Assembly (NCBI RefSeq): GCF_000315625.1
Contig: NW_005434662.1
Coordinates: 1,041,462 to 1,086,841, forward strand
DNA: 45,380 bases
Origin: Guillardia theta CCMP2712
Lineage: Eukaryota > Protista > Cryptophyta
Direction: 5' to 3'
The notes below the pieces were generated by a model that worked only from the letters and a program-made list of their open reading frames with translations, made no database searches and had not been told where the DNA came from. Each line of letters starts with the position of its first letter. Position 1 is the first letter of the stretch. This document shows positions 39,811-45,380 of this stretch, piece after piece. The position numbers were made by a program, and so were the translations under genes.

Positions 39811-40829
39811 GGTCGTCAAACGACTCGATGTACTCTGCCCACATGTACTCCTACATGTTAGACTACGTCACGAGCATACTTTTTCTACTCATATGCAGAC
39901 TCTTCACCTCCTCATTCCTCCCTATGGGCACTGGTTTTTCATCATGCAGCAGCAGCAGCAGTGGACTCACATTTCCTTGATTTGCGACAGTCTTTTTTAC
40001 TCAAAGTTAAGTAAACAATCAATATGAAGACGTCGGAGGCTGGCTGAGTGACCGACCGTACCGTGCCGTACCGTCACGGCGGGTACTGCCGGCCCCGGCG
40101 GGGCCCCGGCGGCCGGGCCGCGCCGCCGCCGCGCCGGGCCGCGCCAGTGGGCCCGGTCCGGCGGGCCGATCATCGGACCATACCCGGTCACCGGGCCCGG
40201 TAGATCGGACGGTACGGGCAGTACTTGAAACCGGCGAGTCCGACGACGGCGCGTGCCGCAGCCGGGCCCTGCCCCGCGAGCTTGTCAAAGAGGAAGTAGG
40301 ACAGGTGCTTGAAGGAGTTTTTGAATGATAGCGCTGATGTGATGAGGATTCCTCCGCCTCGATTCTTCTCGCCGCTCAGTCACTATCTGTGGCGCCCCGG
40401 CGGCCAGGCGGGGGAATGGGCCTGCGCGCAACAGCCTGGAAGTGGCAGCCGGATAAGATTTCAACTTCCCTTACTGTCTTTTCCCTGGCACTGGCCCGGC
40501 GGGCCCCGGCGGGCCACTGATGCTGATCGGACTCAGCCTGTGAGTCAGTGAGTCTCAGACGGCAAATGAGTCCGGGGGGCGTACCGCCGTAGTACCATTG
40601 AATCGGAACAGGCCCTGAGCCGGGCCCGCCGCGCGCCAACCAACTGGGCCCGCCGTGACCCAGTGGCTCGGCGAGTCGGAACCCGGCCGGTTGCGGAATT
40701 GAACTTGATTTTGACACTGTCCGATCGGCGGGTGACAGGCTGCGGGAGTTTATTTTAACAACTAGACTCGTGTGAACATGGCGAAAAAAATCAAAAAGAA
40801 TAAGGGGTGACGCGCTAAGCATTAGATAT

Positions 40830-41851
40830 CTACAATTCAAATGTCAATTTCTTTGCAAACTCGCTTCCTCGCAATCTCTCCGTGATTGCCTCATCCATTC
40901 TGTTGTTCTGTGAATCACTGAACCAATCCTTCCACTCCCCGACGTCCCCCTTGCGCAAAAGGAAGCCGGCCTTTGTCCCTTTCATGCTTTCAAAAGATGT
41001 ATGCTCCATTATTTTTTTCATCTTGCGTTCTGATACTTGAATGTCCAGGAAGTGAGCCAACCTTGTCACCTCCGATTGTTGATCCCGCTTCACGTCTTCG
41101 AAATACATGACGTGGCTCTTTTCTCTGGGAATCTCTTTGGTCAGCCATTCCTCCATTTCCTTGAAATAAGTGAAATAGCTTCCTCCTGGATGAGGACACT
41201 GCGGGTCAATAAAACGCTCAAAGCTTCCATCCCAACCGTCCGGGGGCAGGCCACCCATGTTGGCATAACTTACTGCTGCATCCTTTGGATTGCGCATGAT
41301 GTATATCACTTTGCAACCTGAGCTCTTGACTGCATGAGGGAGCATCCAGGGAGGACTGTGCGAAGCAAAGATTCTTCTTCCTTTTCGCGCGAGGAAATCT
41401 CGGAAGGATTCGTGTCCTACAACAGCAAAGGTGAGAAAGAATTTTGTAATTAGCCAGCAAAGAACCAAATAGAGGGTGTGGTTCTGCTTCAGGTTCCAAG
41501 GGAAGCCACTCAGGATAGACTTGCATCTCAGTATTATGTGTGGCGGTTATAGTCCCATCCTCTGTCATGTGTACGAGACAGTTTACTATCCTCCAGAGCC
41601 AGGTAGTTCCACACCTGTGCCGATATGAGCATCACATATGTACATATCAAGGTGTCCCTCACTTCGGAAACGAGCAAGCGAGTATATCAGTATCGAACAT
41701 TTCTATTCTTGGAAAGCTTCAGCAGAGTCTTGCCTGACCAAAACTGAATCAGAAAACAAACTCGTCAAGAGCAAACAGAAAACCTGAAAAACTCGGGCTG
41801 TGGGAGACCCTTGTAATATTTCCTCTTGCATGGGTTCCCAAACTTTGGCAT
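40830..41851 (-). CDS. Cytosolic-type (SULT family) PAPS-dependent sulfotransferase, apparently with a 1-bp frameshift near 41705
   Basis: 5'-PSB DILACSFPK|CGTTW split by an intron; 3'-PB KVIYIMRNPKDAAVSY; C-terminal FLLRKGDVGEWKDWFS; ATG at 41851. Confidence 0.88.
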
Positions 41852-43612
41852 TCTTCTCAAAAAAGTGCCAAAATTATTCCTGCAAGCACAAATGAGAGGA
41901 AGATGTGCAAAATATTCAGAATTCAGAAGCGAAATAACTGGTACAAATGATGATGAGCTCGTTTTGGTCACAGCATGGTCGTGGTCAAAAGGAATGGTAG
42001 GGAAAAATTGCGTCAGCACACCGCCAAAGCAGGAAGCTGGATAACAGTGAATAGATGCAGGAAGGAAGGGGTAGAGAAATGAAGGAATGCTGGATTGAAA
42101 CTGAGCGGAAGGTAAAGAGGGCAGGAGTGAAGGAAAAGGAAGAGTAAAAAAAGGATGATGTGCAGACAGAATAAAAGACAGCATGGGTGAAGAAGCTCAG
42201 CAGCCCGAATGAACTAAGGGAACAGGAGGGCTGGTGGTCTGAAGAGGGTAGATTAGAAGAAATGCTTCATCTCAGCAGGAAGATGTCAGGGTTGCATGCA
42301 TCTACATGCATGTGAAACGATCTATACTCGCTCTCAATAGCTCAAGGGAATCACAGGATGGAATTAGAGTCGTGTTCCGTCAGAAGATGTAAGAGCTTGT
42401 GATGATCTTAAGGAGGAAGAGGCTTGAAAGGAACCAGGAGGCAGAAAACAGGAAAGCAGAGGTAGATCGAGGAGAAAGCGATGGGAAAGAAAGTTGCAGG
42501 CGGAGAGCAGGACAGCTGAGGTAGGAGAGCTAGCTCTGGAGCATCCATGTAAGTGACCTAGGGGTCAAGCGAGCAAGGAACGACGTGGGGGAGAAACAGC
42601 AGGATTGCGAGGGTGAAGGTAGGAGGGGTCATACAAGCCTAACGAACTCATAGGGGTAGGTAGATCAGGCCGTGACCGACAGAATTAAAACCTCCACTTA
42701 TTGAATTCACTACCCCCATAGTGGGCAAATAAAGAAACTTGTTTCAGGAGCATAGGGTGGGGTGGTGCATCAGAACAGTAAAGGCAACCATCATTGCAGT
42801 GCCCATCTGTGATCACGTGACCAGTCACGGCGCACTTGATAAAAAAAAGACCCACCAGTCTGGTAATTGTAACTTTCAGTTTGAGTAAAAGAGTATGGAT
42901 ATCTTTACTCAAAGTTAAAGATCAGTACCCAGATAGAGAGATAAGAATACAGATTGATTATAGCGCCCATACCCGATCCACCGCAATGAGCCTGGGCATA
43001 ATTATGGGTGCCTGTTTGAATCCAAAGCGGCGATAGGTTTAGGTTTAGGGTCACCCGGTTGTACTCCCAGCCTAGTACGAGGACAATCACAGGAGAGTAC
43101 TCGAACGCCTCTTTTTTTATTAGACTAGGATGTCTATGCGAGAGCCGATAAGCGGCTGGTTGGGGACCCCTCAGTTTACTACCGACCGTCATCGCACTGA
43201 CCGGGCCCGATGTTCCGGGCCCGGCCCTTCAAGTCCCGACTGGCACTGCACCGGGCCCAAACCTGCCGCTGTATCGGAGATCATGCCAATCATTGAACTC
43301 GGAACTTACGGAATACACGCCGCGGGGCGAGCGCTCAGTAGGCTGGAGGCCAGTGTGACATATTCACCTAACGCGGACGGGCCAGACTGAGTCCTGGACA
43401 TCAAGTTTCCGGCGACCGTCACGGCGTCGGACCGTACTCGGTCACGGGCCTCGCTGTATGTCCGATCAGTGGCAAGAAGCTCGGATAAATTGAACTTAAA
43501 AAGGGTTTCAAGTTTAGGGTCAGGCTCCTCGCTGTACTACCGCCGGCCCACGGTCCGATCGGACAAGAAGCTCCGACTCGTCCGATCGGAGTGTCAGGTC
43601 TAAACATTTTTG

Positions 43613-43630
43613 AAACCCTAAACCCTAAAC
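43613..43630 (-). repeat. Short telomere-type repeat in the C-rich orientation (aaaccctaaaccctaaac)
   Basis: Read directly. Confidence 0.7.
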
Positions 43631-43865
43631 TTGAAAGGGCCTAAACCAGGCTCGGAACTAAGGACTACGGAAACAAAAGCATAGCGTTGCCTTTCTCAAT
43701 TGACCTTGGAGCTCTAAAACGTTTCGCGGTGAGGGTGGAAGATTCAAATCCACGCATACCACGAGAAATTGTACTCAAGAAGACCCTACCCCTGAAAAAG
43801 TCCTGCTTGGCTCTTCGTGATTTGAATTCAGACCACGGTCGAAAGACCCACCCCGCCCCCACATG

Positions 43866-43942
43866 AGGGTTTAGGGTTTAGGGTTTAGGGTTTAGGGTTT
43901 TAGGGTTTAGGGTTTAGGGTTTAGGGTTTAGGGTTTAGGGTT
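43866..43942 (+). repeat. Interstitial telomeric array (TTTAGGG) x about 11, one TTTTAGGG variant
   Basis: Read directly. Confidence 0.97.
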
Positions 43943-44212
43943 CAAGGTAAGGAGAGAAGGTAGGAGGCGACCGAAAGCCAAGGTGAGGAGAGGCAACTCT
44001 CCTGACTGAGGCTGAGGAAGCCAAGAGAACACAGCAGAAGTAGAGAGTAGAAAGACGCCTCAGAAGCAGGGTTCGCATTGTAGGCCGTGTACTCCCAGTG
44101 CTCGAGCGCCTCTTTAGACTAGGATCAAATTGCATAAGCCCACAACGAGGCCAAGCAACATTCTAGCATTCTAATAAACTCACATAATAATAATAATAAT
44201 AATAATAATAAT
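43943..44212 (+). mobile_element. Probable 5'-truncated non-LTR retrotransposon 3' end with (ATA)10 tail, inserted in telomeric repeats
   Basis: 270-bp unique segment between two TTTAGGG arrays, with AATAAA at 44173-44178 and an (ATA)10 tail (44184-44213) fused directly to AGGGTTT. Confidence 0.6.
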
Positions 44213-44299
44213 AGGGTTTAGGGTTTAGGGTTTAGGGTTTAGGGTTTAGGGTTTAGGGTTTAGGGTTTAGGGTTTAGGGTTTAGGGTTTAGGGTTTAGG
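44213..44299 (+). repeat. Interstitial telomeric array (TTTAGGG) x about 12
   Basis: Read directly. Confidence 0.97.
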
Positions 44300-44407
44300 C
44301 GCCGTTATTTCCGGCAGCATGGCTCCTTGCCAGGTGTAGGGGAAGCCGCCAGGGCGCCAAGGAAGCTGCAAGCGAGAGGTTTGTTTACTTCAAATAGCTT
44401 TCTAAGT

Positions 44408-45380
44408 ATGGTTCTTCAGTATGATGAAAATGTTCGCAACCTGCTGTATCGGAGATCATGCCAATACACGCAGAGCGGACTTGTGGATGCCTCTGTCCTC
44501 GAAGCTGATCTCGTCGAGAGGGTGAAGAGCTTCGCGAAGCGTTATCCGCACAGCAGGACAGCCCAGGCTTGCAAGGCTGTGGAGGGATGCACCCCCGACG
44601 CTATCGCAGAAGCCATCCGCTCGACATGTCAGCAGGCACGACGTGAGCTTCTGCAAGAAGCGATGGCTGGATGGAGTGACGCATCCAGAGAGTGGTTTAT
44701 GCAGCAGATTGAAGAAGCCAAGAAGGAGAAGGTCGAGACATACACCGCCTCAGCAGGCAACGAGGTGACTTCCTTCATCTCCATGACTCTCCTGGGCATC
44801 TCCTCGGTGTATGTCAACCATGAAGAAAAGCTGAAGAAGAAATTTGAAGAGATCGGACTGATCGTAGACTCAGTGCAAGAGAGTAAAGCAATCATGTGGA
44901 AGGCTCCGTATAGACCCGAGATAGCGAGTGCTGAGGAGATCCCGGTGACTGTTTCCTTCCTCCGCAATGCACAAGCGGAGAAGCTCTGGCAGGGAAGAGA
45001 GGACTTCGCGATCGATGGTCGCAAGTTCACAGCTGTACATGTGAGCATCGTGCACGATCGATCTTTCAAGATTCGAGCCAAGAGAGGACCCTGGGGCAAA
45101 GGGGGCAGCTTGGCAGAGCTGACCCACCTGTTAACCTTGGGCGGCATGACAACGGCTGAGATAGCTGCCGTCTATCGCTATCAGCTGCTGCGCCAGTCCC
45201 TTGCAGCGGTCCAACTCCAGCCGCTGGCAGGCATGCTGGTCGCTGGGGCGCCAGGACAGCAAGTCCACAAAGGCTTAGGTCAGAAAGGCTTCGTCGCTGT
45301 AGGGGCCAACGTCATCTGGAGACAGAGGGAGGTGGAGTGGATCGTCTCCTCGAGCTGCCCAGAGGCGAATGATACAGCAG
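44408..45380 (+). CDS. Intronless ORF (at least 324 aa, runs off the window) with an RRM-like domain; probable ORF1 of a telomere-associated LINE
   Basis: Not in the supplied ORF track because it has no stop in the window. MVLQYDENVRNLLYRRSCQ...; RRM-like pattern MTLLGI / EEKLKKKFEEIGLIVDSV / VTVSFLRNAQAEKL / FAIDGRKFTAVHV. Starts 108 bp after the telomeric array. Confidence 0.7.
   Translation, partial: MVLQYDENVRNLLYRRSCQYTQSGLVDASVLEADLVERVKSFAKRYPHSRTAQACKAVEGCTPDAIAEAIRSTCQQARRELLQEAMAGWSDASREWFMQQIEEAKKEKVETYTASAGNEVTSFISMTLLGISSVYVNHEEKLKKKFEEIGLIVDSVQESKAIMWKAPYRPEIASAEEIPVTVSFLRNAQAEKLWQGREDFAIDGRKFTAVHVSIVHDRSFKIRAKRGPWGKGGSLAELTHLLTLGGMTTAEIAAVYRYQLLRQSLAAVQLQPLAGMLVAGAPGQQVHKGLGQKGFVAVGANVIWRQREVEWIVSSSCPEANDTA

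Noticed and set aside
43866-44299. True chromosome end
   Set aside because: Arrays are short and followed by further unique sequence, so they are interstitial or subtelomeric.

Overview
Eukaryotic nuclear DNA, gene-dense, with short (about 50-300 nt) GT-AG and occasional GC-AG introns, many microsatellites, one 680-nt assembly gap (531-1210) and TTTAGGG telomere-type repeats near the right end. The style suggests a cryptophyte alga (Guillardia-like); this is an inference. Manual splicing gives about ten protein genes, mostly on alternating strands: a membrane-anchored alpha/beta-hydrolase, a PSI-domain PTTG1IP-like membrane protein, a chromatin protein (duplicated novel module, AT-hook, CW finger, HA domain), a CACHD1/alpha2delta-like VWA-Cache protein, INO80 with a C-terminal Tudor-like domain, a PHTF/7TMIC-like membrane protein with an EF-hand pair, a large voltage-sensing-phosphatase-like protein (EF-hand, VSD-like, PTEN, C2, cNMP, GRAM, cNMP), an SH3/coiled-coil protein, a secreted or anchored coiled-coil protein, and an apparently frameshifted sulfotransferase. 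The window ends in what looks like a head-to-tail array of telomere-repeat-targeting non-LTR retroelements: (TTTAGGG)11, a truncated 3' fragment with an (ATA)10 tail, (TTTAGGG)12, then a 5'UTR and an intronless RRM-like ORF running off the window. Top candidates for undescribed biology are this retroelement array, the multi-input VSP and the EF-hand 7TMIC. All domain calls come from motif recognition by eye, not database searches.
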